Below, piece after piece: positions 1 through 9,242 of a DNA stretch of 39,526 nucleotides. The position numbers and the translations under genes were made by a program. Each line of letters starts with the position of its first letter. Within the stretch, counting starts at the first letter, position 1. The notes beneath the pieces are model-generated. The model saw only the letters and a program-made list of their open reading frames with translations. It ran no database searches and was not told where the DNA came from. Origin of the DNA: Deltaproteobacteria bacterium TL4 (GTDB lineage: Bacteria > SAR324 > NAC60-12); NCBI GenBank assembly GCA_051382335.1, contig JBBCAX010000248.1, positions 1 to 39,526 of the forward strand, given 5' to 3'.

Positions 1-97
1 CTACCCAACCTACTGAAATGATGGCTGTCCCGTCTTAGGCCAGTAGCCAAAAAAAGGTACCTGCACAGGTGGAAAAATATTAGCAAAGAACTATTTG

Positions 98-226
98 ATA
101 TAGATGTTCATTTGAATAAGTGCAGGGTAGCCTCGGGTTTCGCCCTGAGGGAATGAGCGTCGTCGCCCCCTGGGACGAAACCCAGGGCTACCGCAAAAAT
201 GAAATTATTTAAATGACGGTCTATAT
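98..226. mobile_element. MITE-like element with ~22-bp imperfect terminal inverted repeats enclosing a GTAG-type REP-like palindrome
   Basis: Left end ATATAGATGTTCATTTGAATAA (98-119) matches the reverse complement of 205-226 (ATATAGACCGTCATTTAAATAA). The ends read TATAG...CTATA. There is an inner inverted repeat GGTAGCCTCGGGTTTCG / CGAAACCCAGGGCTACC (126-192). Confidence 0.6.
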
Positions 227-291
227 TTTATCCTTTCAACGCATTGAACGGGCCAACGTCAAAAAAAATAAGTTTAAAAATAAACTTATCC

Positions 292-307
292 TTGACGTTA
301 ACGTCAA
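292..307. promoter_or_regulatory. LiuR-type operator palindrome overlapping a probable sigma70 promoter of the liu operon
   Basis: Perfect palindrome TTGACGTTAACGTCAA ~65 bp upstream of liuR, resembling the LiuR consensus TTTACGTwwACGTAAA. TTGACG (292-297) lies 17 nt before TATGAC (315-320). Confidence 0.8.
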
Positions 308-372
308 CTTGAAGTATGACGTTAGGCCTTTGAATCAGAAAGCTAATATCGTATAAGCGGGCAGGTGTAAAA

Positions 373-747
373 ATGGAAAAAGACTATACAATCACAGAGT
401 TAGCAAAAGAATTCGCAATAACGACCCGTACGATCCGTTTTTATGAAGAAAAACAGTTATTGACGCCTCAACGCAAGGGGACGAGCCGGATTTACAGTTC
501 GAAAGACAGAACGATTCTGAAGTTGATTATCAGAGGGAAACGGTTGGGTTTTTCTTTAGAGGAAAGCCGTGAGTTGATTTCGCTCTATAACCCTGAGCAG
601 GGAAACCGTGCGCAATTGAAAAGGATGATTGAGAAAGTTAGCGAAAAGAAAGCCCAATTACAAAAACAGTTGACTGATTTACAAGAAATAACCAATGAAT
701 TGGATCGCACTGAAATGCGTTGTCAAGCAGCGTTGAACAAAGAATAA
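373..747 (+). CDS. liuR: MerR-family transcriptional regulator LiuR
   Basis: YTITELAKEFAITTRTIRFYEEK MerR HTH and RGKRLGFSLEE motif. It is the first gene of the liu cluster. Confidence 0.9.
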   Translation: MEKDYTITELAKEFAITTRTIRFYEEKQLLTPQRKGTSRIYSSKDRTILKLIIRGKRLGFSLEESRELISLYNPEQGNRAQLKRMIEKVSEKKAQLQKQLTDLQEITNELDRTEMRCQAALNKE

Positions 748-777
748 TGGCCACCTTTTAGGATAAGGATTGAATAT

Positions 778-1947
778 ATGATGACTCGATTGCCCATGTT
801 GAATTTTGAATTAGGGGAAACTATTGAAATGTTGCAAGAAACGGTGAGACGTTTTGCTGAAAAAGAAATCGCCCCCCGTGCGGCAGAAATTGACAAGGTC
901 AACGAATTTCCACAGGACCTTTGGAAAAAGCTGGGGGGATTAGGACTTTTAGGACTGACGGTCGCTGAAGAGTATGGCGGTTCAGCGTTGGGCTATTTGG
1001 CTCATATTGTGGCTATGGAAGGCATCAGCAGAGCTTCAGCGTCAATTGGACTGAGTTATGGAGCTCATTCCAATCTGTGTGTGAATCAGATTTTTCGCAA
1101 TGGGAATGAAGCGCAGAAGCAGAAATACTTACCCCAATTAGTCAGCGGAGAGCATGTCGGTGCTCTGGCGATGAGTGAATCGAACGCGGGTTCTGATGTG
1201 GTCAGTATGCGTTTATGCGCAGAAAAGAAAGGGGATCGTTATCTCCTGAATGGTACCAAAATGTGGATTACCAATGGACCAGAGGCCAGTACTTACGTCA
1301 TTTACGCGAAAACGGGTATAGACAAAGGACCACGAGGCATCACCGCTTTCATTGTGGAACGTGATTTCAAAGGATTTTCACGTGCGCAAAAGTTAGATAA
1401 GTTAGGAATGCGGGGATCGAATACCTGCGAACTTGTCTTTGAAGATTGTGAAGTTCCCGCGGAAAATATCCTTGGATCGCTTGATGAAGGGGTCAAGATT
1501 CTGATGAGTGGACTGGACTATGAGCGAGTTGTTTTATCCGGAGGACCGCTTGGGATAATGCAAGCGTGTTTTGACAGTGTGCTGCCCTACATTCATGAAC
1601 GAAAACAATTTGGTAAATCCATTGGTGAATTTCAATTAATGCAAGGCAAACTTGCGGATATGTATGTCACGATGAATGCGACCCGTTCTTATGCCTATGC
1701 GGTTGCCAAAGCGTGTGATCGAGGCGAAACGACGCGTAAAGATTCTGCGGGTGTTATTTTATATGCGGCGGAAAACGCGACTCAAATGGCCTTGCAAGCC
1801 CTCCAATGTTTAGGAGGCAATGGCTACATCAACGACTATGAGACCGGCCGTTTGTTACGTGACGCGAAGTTATATGAAATCGGTGCGGGAACGTCAGAAA
1901 TTCGTCGAATGTTGATCGGTCGGGAATTATTTAGCGAAACCATGTAA
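778..1947 (+). CDS. liuA: Isovaleryl-CoA dehydrogenase
   Basis: Acyl-CoA dehydrogenase motifs [39 protein letters not shown] and [17 protein letters not shown]. Confidence 0.95.
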   Translation: MMTRLPMLNFELGETIEMLQETVRRFAEKEIAPRAAEIDKVNEFPQDLWKKLGGLGLLGLTVAEEYGGSALGYLAHIVAMEGISRASASIGLSYGAHSNLCVNQIFRNGNEAQKQKYLPQLVSGEHVGALAMSESNAGSDVVSMRLCAEKKGDRYLLNGTKMWITNGPEASTYVIYAKTGIDKGPRGITAFIVERDFKGFSRAQKLDKLGMRGSNTCELVFEDCEVPAENILGSLDEGVKILMSGLDYERVVLSGGPLGIMQACFDSVLPYIHERKQFGKSIGEFQLMQGKLADMYVTMNATRSYAYAVAKACDRGETTRKDSAGVILYAAENATQMALQALQCLGGNGYINDYETGRLLRDAKLYEIGAGTSEIRRMLIGRELFSETM

Positions 1948-1962
1948 CCTCTATGGAATTTC

Positions 1963-3570
1963 ATGCCAGTCATTGAAAGTCAAATAAACACAAGGTCTGC
2001 TACATTTCAAGAAAATCGTGCCCATATGTTGGGCCTCTTGGGTGAACTGAAACAGATTGTCGCGCAAATCAAAGAAGGAGGGGGTGCGCACTCTCAAAAT
2101 CGTCATCTGGAGCGAGGCAAATTATTACCCAGAGAGCGGGTCAACGCATTGTTGGATGAAGGCTCTCCCTTTCTGGAACTCTCACAGCTTGCCGCCTACC
2201 AGGTTTATGAAGAACCGATTGCTTCCGCAGGGATTATTACCGGCATTGGGCGTGTTGAAGGGGTTGAATGCATGATTGTCGCTAATGACGCAACGGTCAA
2301 GGGCGGTAGTTATTATCCACTAACCGTCAAAAAACACGTCCGGGCACAGAAAATCGCAGAAGAAAATCATCTTCCCTGTATTTATCTGGTGGATTCCGGT
2401 GGCGCGAACTTGCCTCAACAAGCAGATGTTTTTCCTGATCGTGATCACTTTGGTCATATATTTTACAATCAAGCGATTATGTCTTCCAAGGGAATTCCTC
2501 AGATTGCCGTCGTTATGGGATCTTGTACCGCGGGAGGAGCCTATGTTCCTGCAATGGCGGATCAGGCGATTATTGTCCGTCAGCAAGGAACCATTTTTTT
2601 AGGGGGCCCTCCATTAGTCAAAGCGGCGACCGGAGAAATCGTAACGGCTGAAGCGTTAGGGGGGGCGGATGTCCATTGCAGAATATCTGGCGTTGCCGAT
2701 TATTACGCTCAAAATGATCATCACGCTTTGCAGCTTGCGAGAAATTGTATCGCAAAAATCAATCATAAAAAAAATAGACCCTTCACGCTTTCAACGCCAA
2801 GGGCGCCTAAATATGATCCCGAAGAATTGTATGGAATCATTCCTACAGAACTCAGAAAAACCTATGATGTTCGGGAAGTAATTGCCCGGATCGTGGATGG
2901 TTCCGAATTTGATGAGTTCAAACAGTTATTTGGAACGACCCTGATTTGCGGCTTCGCTCATATTCATGGGTATCCTATTGGAATTCTTGCGAATAATGGC
3001 ATTCTTTTTTCGGAATCCGCACAAAAGGGAGCTCATTTTATAGAGCTGTGCTGTCAACGTAAAATTCCGCTGTTGTTTTTACAAAACATCACAGGGTTTA
3101 TGGTTGGGAAAAAATATGAGGAAGGCGGAATTGCAAAGCACGGCGCCAAAATGGTAACCGCTGTGGCCTGTGCCAAGGTCCCCAAATTTACGGTAATTAT
3201 TGGAGGAAGTTTTGGTGCGGGGAATTACGGAATGTGCGGCCGGGCTTATGATCCGCGTTTTATGTGGATGTGGCCCAATGGTCGAATTTCTGTGATGGGC
3301 GGCGAACAGGCGGCCGGAGTGTTGACCAGCATTAAGAGCGTTGCTTTAGAAAAACGGGGCACGCCCTGGACTTCAGCGGAAGAGGCCCAATATCGTCAAC
3401 AAATCACAGCGGAATATGATCAACAGGGGCATCCCTATTATGCCAGCGCCCGTCTATGGGACGATGGCATCATCGACCCTGCGGAAACGAGAATGGTTTT
3501 AGGCTTGGGCATTTCAGCTTCCTTGAACGCACCGATTCCTGAGACTCCCTTTGGAATTTTCAGAATGTAA
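1963..3570 (+). CDS. liuB: 3-methylcrotonyl-CoA carboxylase beta (carboxyltransferase) subunit
   Basis: [33 protein letters not shown] and [13 protein letters not shown] motifs; C-terminal FGIFRM. Confidence 0.95.
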   Translation: MPVIESQINTRSATFQENRAHMLGLLGELKQIVAQIKEGGGAHSQNRHLERGKLLPRERVNALLDEGSPFLELSQLAAYQVYEEPIASAGIITGIGRVEGVECMIVANDATVKGGSYYPLTVKKHVRAQKIAEENHLPCIYLVDSGGANLPQQADVFPDRDHFGHIFYNQAIMSSKGIPQIAVVMGSCTAGGAYVPAMADQAIIVRQQGTIFLGGPPLVKAATGEIVTAEALGGADVHCRISGVADYYAQNDHHALQLARNCIAKINHKKNRPFTLSTPRAPKYDPEELYGIIPTELRKTYDVREVIARIVDGSEFDEFKQLFGTTLICGFAHIHGYPIGILANNGILFSESAQKGAHFIELCCQRKIPLLFLQNITGFMVGKKYEEGGIAKHGAKMVTAVACAKVPKFTVIIGGSFGAGNYGMCGRAYDPRFMWMWPNGRISVMGGEQAAGVLTSIKSVALEKRGTPWTSAEEAQYRQQITAEYDQQGHPYYASARLWDDGIIDPAETRMVLGLGISASLNAPIPETPFGIFRM

Positions 3571-3586
3571 GTTATCAATAATTATT

Positions 3587-3645
3587 CAACCGCAGATTTT
3601 CGCGGATAAAAATAATCTGCGTTCAACTGCGTTTATCTGCGGCTG
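3587..3645. repeat. Intergenic palindromic repeat element
   Basis: CCGCAGAT...ATCTGCGG arms with internal ATCTGCG/AACTGCG iterations, lying between liuB and liuD. Confidence 0.6.
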
Positions 3646-3686
3646 AGAAGTTATCCCTTCAATCCTAATTTTTAAGAGCACAGGCC

Positions 3687-5687
3687 ATGTTTGATAAAAT
3701 ATTGATTGCCAATCGTGGTGAAATCGCATGCCGGGTTATTCGTACGGCTCATCGTTTAGGAATTCGTTGCGTTGCGGTTTATTCAGACGCTGATGCGGAC
3801 GCCAGGCATGTGGACATGGCGGATGAAGCCTACTTACTGGGTGCCGCTCCTGCGAAAGAAAGTTATTTGCGCGGAAACCACATTTTGGAGGTTGCTAAAC
3901 GTTCAGGCGTTCAAGCGATTCATCCCGGATACGGATTTCTTTCGGAAAATGCTGATTTTGCCAGAGCTTGTGAAAAAGCGGGTGTCGTTTTTATTGGTCC
4001 TCCCGCTTCAGCCATTGAAGCCATGGGCTCAAAAAGCGCGGCAAAACAAATGATGCAAGCCGCCCACATTCCCTTGATTCCGGGATATCATGGTTCGGAT
4101 CAGAGTTACGAAGTCCTTTTGCGAGAAGCTGAGAACATCGGTTATCCTGTTTTGCTCAAGGCGACCGCGGGCGGCGGTGGCAAGGGAATGCGTTTGGTTG
4201 AAAATCCACAAGCGTTTGAAAAAGCGTTGGAAACGGCTAGAAGAGAAGCGCTTGGCAGTTTTGCCGATGATCAAATGCTTGTAGAAAAATACCTGATTCA
4301 TCCCCGGCATATTGAAATTCAGATATTTTCTGATAGTCACGGAAATGCTGTTTATCTTTTTGAACGGGACTGTTCAATTCAAAGACGTCACCAGAAAATC
4401 CTGGAAGAAGCTCCGGCCCCCCATTTGCCCGAGCAGACACGCAAGCAAATGGGTGAAACCGCAATTAAAGTAGTTAAAACACTGAACTACGTCGGTGCGG
4501 GGACCATAGAGTTTCTGCTGGCACAGGATGGCTCCTTTTATTTTATGGAAATGAATACCCGCCTGCAGGTGGAACATCCGGTTACAGAAATGATTACAGG
4601 CTTGGATCTGGTGGAATGGCAACTTCGAGTGGCTGCTGGTGAAAACTTGCCCTTACGCCAGGAAGACTTGAGTTTCCGTGGTCATGCTATTGAAGCCAGG
4701 ATTTATGCCGAAGACACTCAACATGATTTTTTACCCGCGACTGGAGAGTTGGAATACCTTCAAACGCCGAGGGAAACGGACAATGTCCGTGTTGACACGG
4801 GGGTTCGTCAAGGGGACACTGTCAGTGTGTTCTATGACCCGATGATCGCCAAATTAATTGTATGGGACTCTGATCGTAAAGCGGCCTTGTTGCGACTTCA
4901 ACGGGCATTGCAGGAATATCGGATCGTGGGATTGAAAACGAATCTGCATTTTTTAAGCAGAGTTTTGGCCAATGAGACTTATCAACGCGGTAAAATGCAT
5001 ACCGGTTTCATTGAAGAACAACACGCACAGCTTTTCGATTTGGAACTTCCTTCCCTGGAACAATCGGCCCTGTTTGCTTCGCTCTACATCCTGCTCAAAA
5101 ACAAGCAAAACTCCTTGGAACGAAGACAATGTCACTCCGACTGTTTTTCCCTTTGGGGAGAAGTCTCTGGCTGGCGCTTGAATGAAGCACACGCGCATCA
5201 ATACCAATGGGGGGTTCCAGAACACGGGGTATTGACCGTAGCCATTGAAGAATCACGAACTGCTGATTATCATATTACCTCTGGGAATCTCAAAGCCACG
5301 ATATCGGGAAGTTTAAGTCAGCATCAACTTTCTGTAACTTGGGATGATCGTTATTTTCACATTCCGATCGCGGAACAAAAGGAACGGATCACCGTGTTCA
5401 TGGAAAACGGCGCTGTGACTTTAAATCGAATGAGTCCCCATTTGGGCGAAGAGGAAGAGGAACTGCATGAGGGGAGTTTGCATGCCCCCATGCATGGCAC
5501 GATCGTTAGCATTCTGGTACAACCTGGTGATGTGATCCAAAAGGGAGATTCTTTAATCATCATGGAAGCCATGAAAATGGAACACACCATTACCGCACCC
5601 AGGAATGGGGTGGTCCAAGAAATCTTTTTTGCACAAAAAGAGTTAGTTGAAGAGGGTGCCGAACTCTTAAACTTCAAAGATGAGTGA
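3687..5687 (+). CDS. liuD: 3-methylcrotonyl-CoA carboxylase alpha subunit (biotin carboxylase plus biotin carrier)
   Basis: KILIANRGEIACR, HPGYGFLSEN, GGGGKGMR and EMNTRLQVEHPVTE motifs; biotinylation motif EAMKMEH. Confidence 0.95.
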   Translation: MFDKILIANRGEIACRVIRTAHRLGIRCVAVYSDADADARHVDMADEAYLLGAAPAKESYLRGNHILEVAKRSGVQAIHPGYGFLSENADFARACEKAGVVFIGPPASAIEAMGSKSAAKQMMQAAHIPLIPGYHGSDQSYEVLLREAENIGYPVLLKATAGGGGKGMRLVENPQAFEKALETARREALGSFADDQMLVEKYLIHPRHIEIQIFSDSHGNAVYLFERDCSIQRRHQKILEEAPAPHLPEQTRKQMGETAIKVVKTLNYVGAGTIEFLLAQDGSFYFMEMNTRLQVEHPVTEMITGLDLVEWQLRVAAGENLPLRQEDLSFRGHAIEARIYAEDTQHDFLPATGELEYLQTPRETDNVRVDTGVRQGDTVSVFYDPMIAKLIVWDSDRKAALLRLQRALQEYRIVGLKTNLHFLSRVLANETYQRGKMHTGFIEEQHAQLFDLELPSLEQSALFASLYILLKNKQNSLERRQCHSDCFSLWGEVSGWRLNEAHAHQYQWGVPEHGVLTVAIEESRTADYHITSGNLKATISGSLSQHQLSVTWDDRYFHIPIAEQKERITVFMENGAVTLNRMSPHLGEEEEELHEGSLHAPMHGTIVSILVQPGDVIQKGDSLIIMEAMKMEHTITAPRNGVVQEIFFAQKELVEEGAELLNFKDE

Positions 5688-6597
5688 TGTTATGTCGCTA
5701 CCTGAAATTGTAAGAATCGTTGAAGTAGGCGCTCGTGACGGTTTGCAAAATGAGGCACAGTTTGTTCCGACTTCCACGAAGGTGGAGTTGATCAACTTGT
5801 TAAGCCAAACCGGGTTGAAATCCATTGAGGCCGCAAGTTTTGTTTCTCCCAGATGGGTTCCTCAAATGCAGGATTCAAGTGCGGTGATGCGGCAAATTGA
5901 CAGAAATTCTGAGGTTGTTTACTCTGCGCTGACTCCCAATATGAGAGGCTTGGAAAGTGCTTTGGCGGCTCATGTTGAAGAGGTTGCGGTCTTTGCCGCG
6001 GCATCGGATGAGTTTTCCCAGAGAAACATCAACTGTTCCATAAAGGATGCGTTGAAGCGATTCATTCCAATGATTGAAGTTGCTCGTCAAAACAAAGTAA
6101 AAGTACGAGGTTATGTGTCTTGTGTTTTGGGATGTCCTTATGCCGGGCTTATCCGGCCTCAAGCGGTCGCGGATGTCGCAAAAGAACTCTATTCCATGGG
6201 CTGTTATGAGATTTCATTAGGAGACACTATTGGGGTTGGAAACCCTTTGAGTGTTTTGAAGATGATCGAAGCGGTGGCAACGGATATTCCATTGCCAGCG
6301 ATAGCGGTTCATTTCCATGACACCTATGGCCAGGCTCTTGCCAATATTTATGCGGCATTGACTCAAGGGATTACTATTGTGGATGCGTCGGTTGCAGGTT
6401 TGGGGGGATGCCCTTATGCTAAAGGCGCCACAGGGAATGTTGCCAGTGAAGACGTGGTCTATTTGTTAAATGGTCTGGGTATCCACTCTGGAGTTGATTT
6501 AAACAAACTCATAGCCGCAGGACAGATGATTACACAGTACTTAGGAAAAACAACAAGTTCCAAAGTGGCTCAAGCCTTGAGCTGTCGTATCCATTGA
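5680..6597 (+). CDS. liuE: Hydroxymethylglutaryl-CoA lyase
   Basis: EVGARDGLQNE, HFHDTYGQALAN and GLGGCPYAKGATGNVASED motifs. The start overlaps the liuD stop. Confidence 0.95.
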   Translation: MSDVMSLPEIVRIVEVGARDGLQNEAQFVPTSTKVELINLLSQTGLKSIEAASFVSPRWVPQMQDSSAVMRQIDRNSEVVYSALTPNMRGLESALAAHVEEVAVFAAASDEFSQRNINCSIKDALKRFIPMIEVARQNKVKVRGYVSCVLGCPYAGLIRPQAVADVAKELYSMGCYEISLGDTIGVGNPLSVLKMIEAVATDIPLPAIAVHFHDTYGQALANIYAALTQGITIVDASVAGLGGCPYAKGATGNVASEDVVYLLNGLGIHSGVDLNKLIAAGQMITQYLGKTTSSKVAQALSCRIH

Positions 6598-6616
6598 TTC
6601 ATTAAAAATTATGAGG

Positions 6617-6670
6617 CTAAAGCTGTTCGCCTGAAGGCGAAGGTTTTAAACCAGTCGCTCGGAAAATAAA
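6617..6670 (+). other. Hairpin after liuE: possible terminator or IS200/IS605-type end remnant
   Basis: TTCGCC-TGAA-GGCGAA hairpin (6626-6641) followed by GGTTTTAAACC. Confidence 0.35.
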
Positions 6671-6998
6671 TTTCCGTTTATTTGTCCGGCAATCTTTATG
6701 CCAGGACAAACAAATTCTACATACTATACATTAAAATAAATCTTTCCTTTTTTTTGTGTGTGCACAGTAAATCGGACTTCAGGATACAAAATCGATATGA
6801 TCCCTCTTTTTTTTACCTTGACATCGTTCCTGTATTTCGTTAGAAAATCACGCGGAAGCCGTTTAATTTCCTGATAACATGATGTATGATAGAAAGCCTC
6901 TTTAGCCCATAGTTTACTAGGTTTCAACGATAGTTGCCTTTGCGAGGATTTTGGTTGGAACCTAGCCGAAAAGATTTTGGATGGTGTCAGCAACTCTC

Positions 6999-7068
6999 GT
7001 CATGGTGAACGAAGTTGAACCAGTGCCGGATGAGAGGGGCACCGTTCAACTTCGCTTAGAATGATGAC
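6999..7068. repeat. REP-like intergenic palindrome
   Basis: Perfect 11-bp arms CGAAGTTGAAC (7010-7020) / GTTCAACTTCG (7044-7054) with outer GTCAT/ATGAC. Confidence 0.6.
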
Positions 7069-7204
7069 TCATCAAATTAAACAGGGATTACTAGAACCTT
7101 AATTGTATTCTTGTTTTTGGGAACCGTTTCCCCCTTTCTCCATCAAGGCTGTCGTGATAGGGCGTTGTTACAGCGAGTTAGCAGGCAGTATATAGAGGTA
7201 AAAA

Positions 7205-7897
7205 ATGAAGAAAATCGTAAAAGACGCAAGTATTGCCATTTCTGGAATTACAGATGGAATGACCTTGATGGTTGGAGGGTTTGGGCTTTGTGGGATACCC
7301 GAAAACTCTATTGTGGCATTGTCAAAAACAAACATAAGGAATCTAACCTGTATTTCCAATAATGCCGGTGTTGATGGCTTTGGCTTGGGTATGCTCTTGA
7401 GAACGAGGCAAATCAAAAAAATGATTTCCTCTTATGTGGGAGAAAATGCCGAGTTTGAAAGACAATTTATAAGTGGGGAACTTGAGGTGGATTTGATTCC
7501 TCAAGGTACGCTTGCCGAACGAATAAGAGCTGGCGGTGCCGGGATTCCTGCCTTTTTTGTCCCAGCCGGTTTTGGAACTGAAGTGGCTGAAGGAAAAGAA
7601 GTACGTGAGTATAACGGCAAAATGCATCTGCTGGAAACAGCATTGACCGCTGACTTCTCTATTGTTAAGGCGTGGAAGGGCGATACGGCGGGAAATCTGG
7701 TCTTTAAGAATACGGCCAATAATTTTAACGCTATGATGGCAACTGCCGGGAAAATTACGATAGCAGAAGTGGAAGAGTTGGTACCAGCGGGGGCACTTGA
7801 TCCCAATTGTATCCATGTTCCAGGGATTTATGTGAATCGGATTTTTCAAGGAGTTAATTATGAGAAACGTATTGAACAACGTACCATTTCGAAATAA
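7205..7897 (+). CDS. scoA: Succinyl-CoA:3-oxoacid CoA-transferase subunit A
   Basis: [37 protein letters not shown] and [19 protein letters not shown] motifs. Confidence 0.93.
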   Translation: MKKIVKDASIAISGITDGMTLMVGGFGLCGIPENSIVALSKTNIRNLTCISNNAGVDGFGLGMLLRTRQIKKMISSYVGENAEFERQFISGELEVDLIPQGTLAERIRAGGAGIPAFFVPAGFGTEVAEGKEVREYNGKMHLLETALTADFSIVKAWKGDTAGNLVFKNTANNFNAMMATAGKITIAEVEELVPAGALDPNCIHVPGIYVNRIFQGVNYEKRIEQRTISK

Positions 7898-7922
7898 GTT
7901 CACACTTTTTTTATAGGTCATT

Positions 7923-8576
7923 ATGGCATTAGATAAAAACCAAATTGCAAAACGGATTGCGCAAGAAGTAAAAGATGGTAGCTACGTTAATCTGGGGATT
8001 GGCATTCCGACCCTGGTGGCAAACTACATACCAGCCAATATTGAGGCAGTGCTTCAGTCGGAGAATGGGTTACTCGGTATAGGTCCTTTCCCAACAGAGG
8101 AAACGATTGATCCCGATCTTATCAATGCGGGAAAGCAAACAGTTACCGCTATCACGGGCGCAGCATTTTTTGACTCAAGCGCAAGTTTTGCCATGATACG
8201 CGGGGGACATGTTGATTTGACAATTTTAGGAGCCTTTGAGGTATCTGATAATGGTGACATCTCCAGTTGGAAAGTACCGGGTAAACTGGTGAAGGGGATG
8301 GGTGGAGCCATGGATTTGGTAGCCAGTGCTAAAAATATCGTAGTGGCCATGCAGCACACGAACAAAGGCCAATCGAAACTCTTAAAAAAATGCACGTTAC
8401 CTCTCACGGGTGTGAACTGTGTAAAACGGATAGTTACAGATTTAGCCGTTTTAGATGTTACAGAGAGGGGTTTTGTTTTAAAAGAGCGTGCTCCAGGTGT
8501 CTCCGTAGAAGAAATTATTAAATCAACCGAGGGTAGGCTTGTTGTTGAGGGAGAGATTCCGGAAATTGTGCTATAA
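7923..8576 (+). CDS. scoB: Succinyl-CoA:3-oxoacid CoA-transferase subunit B
   Basis: YVNLGIGIPTLVANY, catalytic QSENG and GMGGAMDLV motifs. Confidence 0.93.
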   Translation: MALDKNQIAKRIAQEVKDGSYVNLGIGIPTLVANYIPANIEAVLQSENGLLGIGPFPTEETIDPDLINAGKQTVTAITGAAFFDSSASFAMIRGGHVDLTILGAFEVSDNGDISSWKVPGKLVKGMGGAMDLVASAKNIVVAMQHTNKGQSKLLKKCTLPLTGVNCVKRIVTDLAVLDVTERGFVLKERAPGVSVEEIIKSTEGRLVVEGEIPEIVL

Positions 8577-8849
8577 GCAAGACGTGGGTGATGATTATTG
8601 CTACCCCGGAGGACTTGGAGTTTTACAAGTCTATTCCTGAACTGCGGCAGGAATAGAAAAAACACGACTCTCAGTTTGATGGGAAAAAACGGTTGTCGTT
8701 TTTTTTCGCAATGATCATTCATATCAATAAAGCAGATCAGTGCTTTGTAAAATGAAGGGCTTCTTTTTCTGTATCAAAAATAGGAAGGGTTTTATCTGAA
8801 CCTACCAATCTCAGCATCCTACTGATATCTTCGTTCACTCTTCCAAAAA

Positions 8850-9219
8850 AATCTATCCAATGATGCGGATTCCCTGATTTTCACTCAGGTTTTTTTAATC
8901 ATCTACGCTATCTCATGTATTCTTCGGGGACAACCGGCGTTCCCAGGTGTATTGTTCATAGCTTGGTGGCACCTTAATTCAGCATTTGAAAGAACATGTC
9001 CTATATACCGATTTGAAGCGTGAGGATGTTTTATTTTATTTCACAACTTGCCCCGTTTATCCTGGAGAATTACAATGTCGAGGACTCGGGGTCAAGATAT
9101 ACAATGAGGAAGGCGTGCCCGTCAAAGAACAAAAAGGTGAGTTGGTTTGCCTTCCGTCCTTTCCCTCAATACCCATCTATTTTTGGAATGACCCGGATGG
9201 TCCCAAATTTATAAACTAA
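8850..9219 (+). pseudogene. aacS: Acetoacetyl-CoA synthetase (acetoacetate-CoA ligase) remnant
   Basis: Translation across two frameshifts gives NHLRYLMYSSGTTGVPRCIVHS/GGTLIQHLKEHVLYTDLKREDVLFYFTTC, joined directly to PVYPGELQCRGLG...KGELVC..FPSIPIYFWNDPDG. Both ends and a large internal segment are missing. Confidence 0.85.
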
Positions 9220-9242
9220 AACCTCAATGATCATGATGACTT

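Noticed and set aside
6724..6993. 89-aa minus-strand ORF between liuE and scoA
   Set aside because: Non-ATG start, no RBS and no family motif.
8631..8656. Hairpin CTATTCCTG/CAGGAATAG as the scoB terminator
   Set aside because: No U-tract follows it on either strand in the needed position.
7343..8722. Long antisense ORFs (192 aa and 222 aa) opposite scoAB, and other nested or antisense ORFs in the track
   Set aside because: They are shadows of well-supported genes and carry no recognisable motifs.
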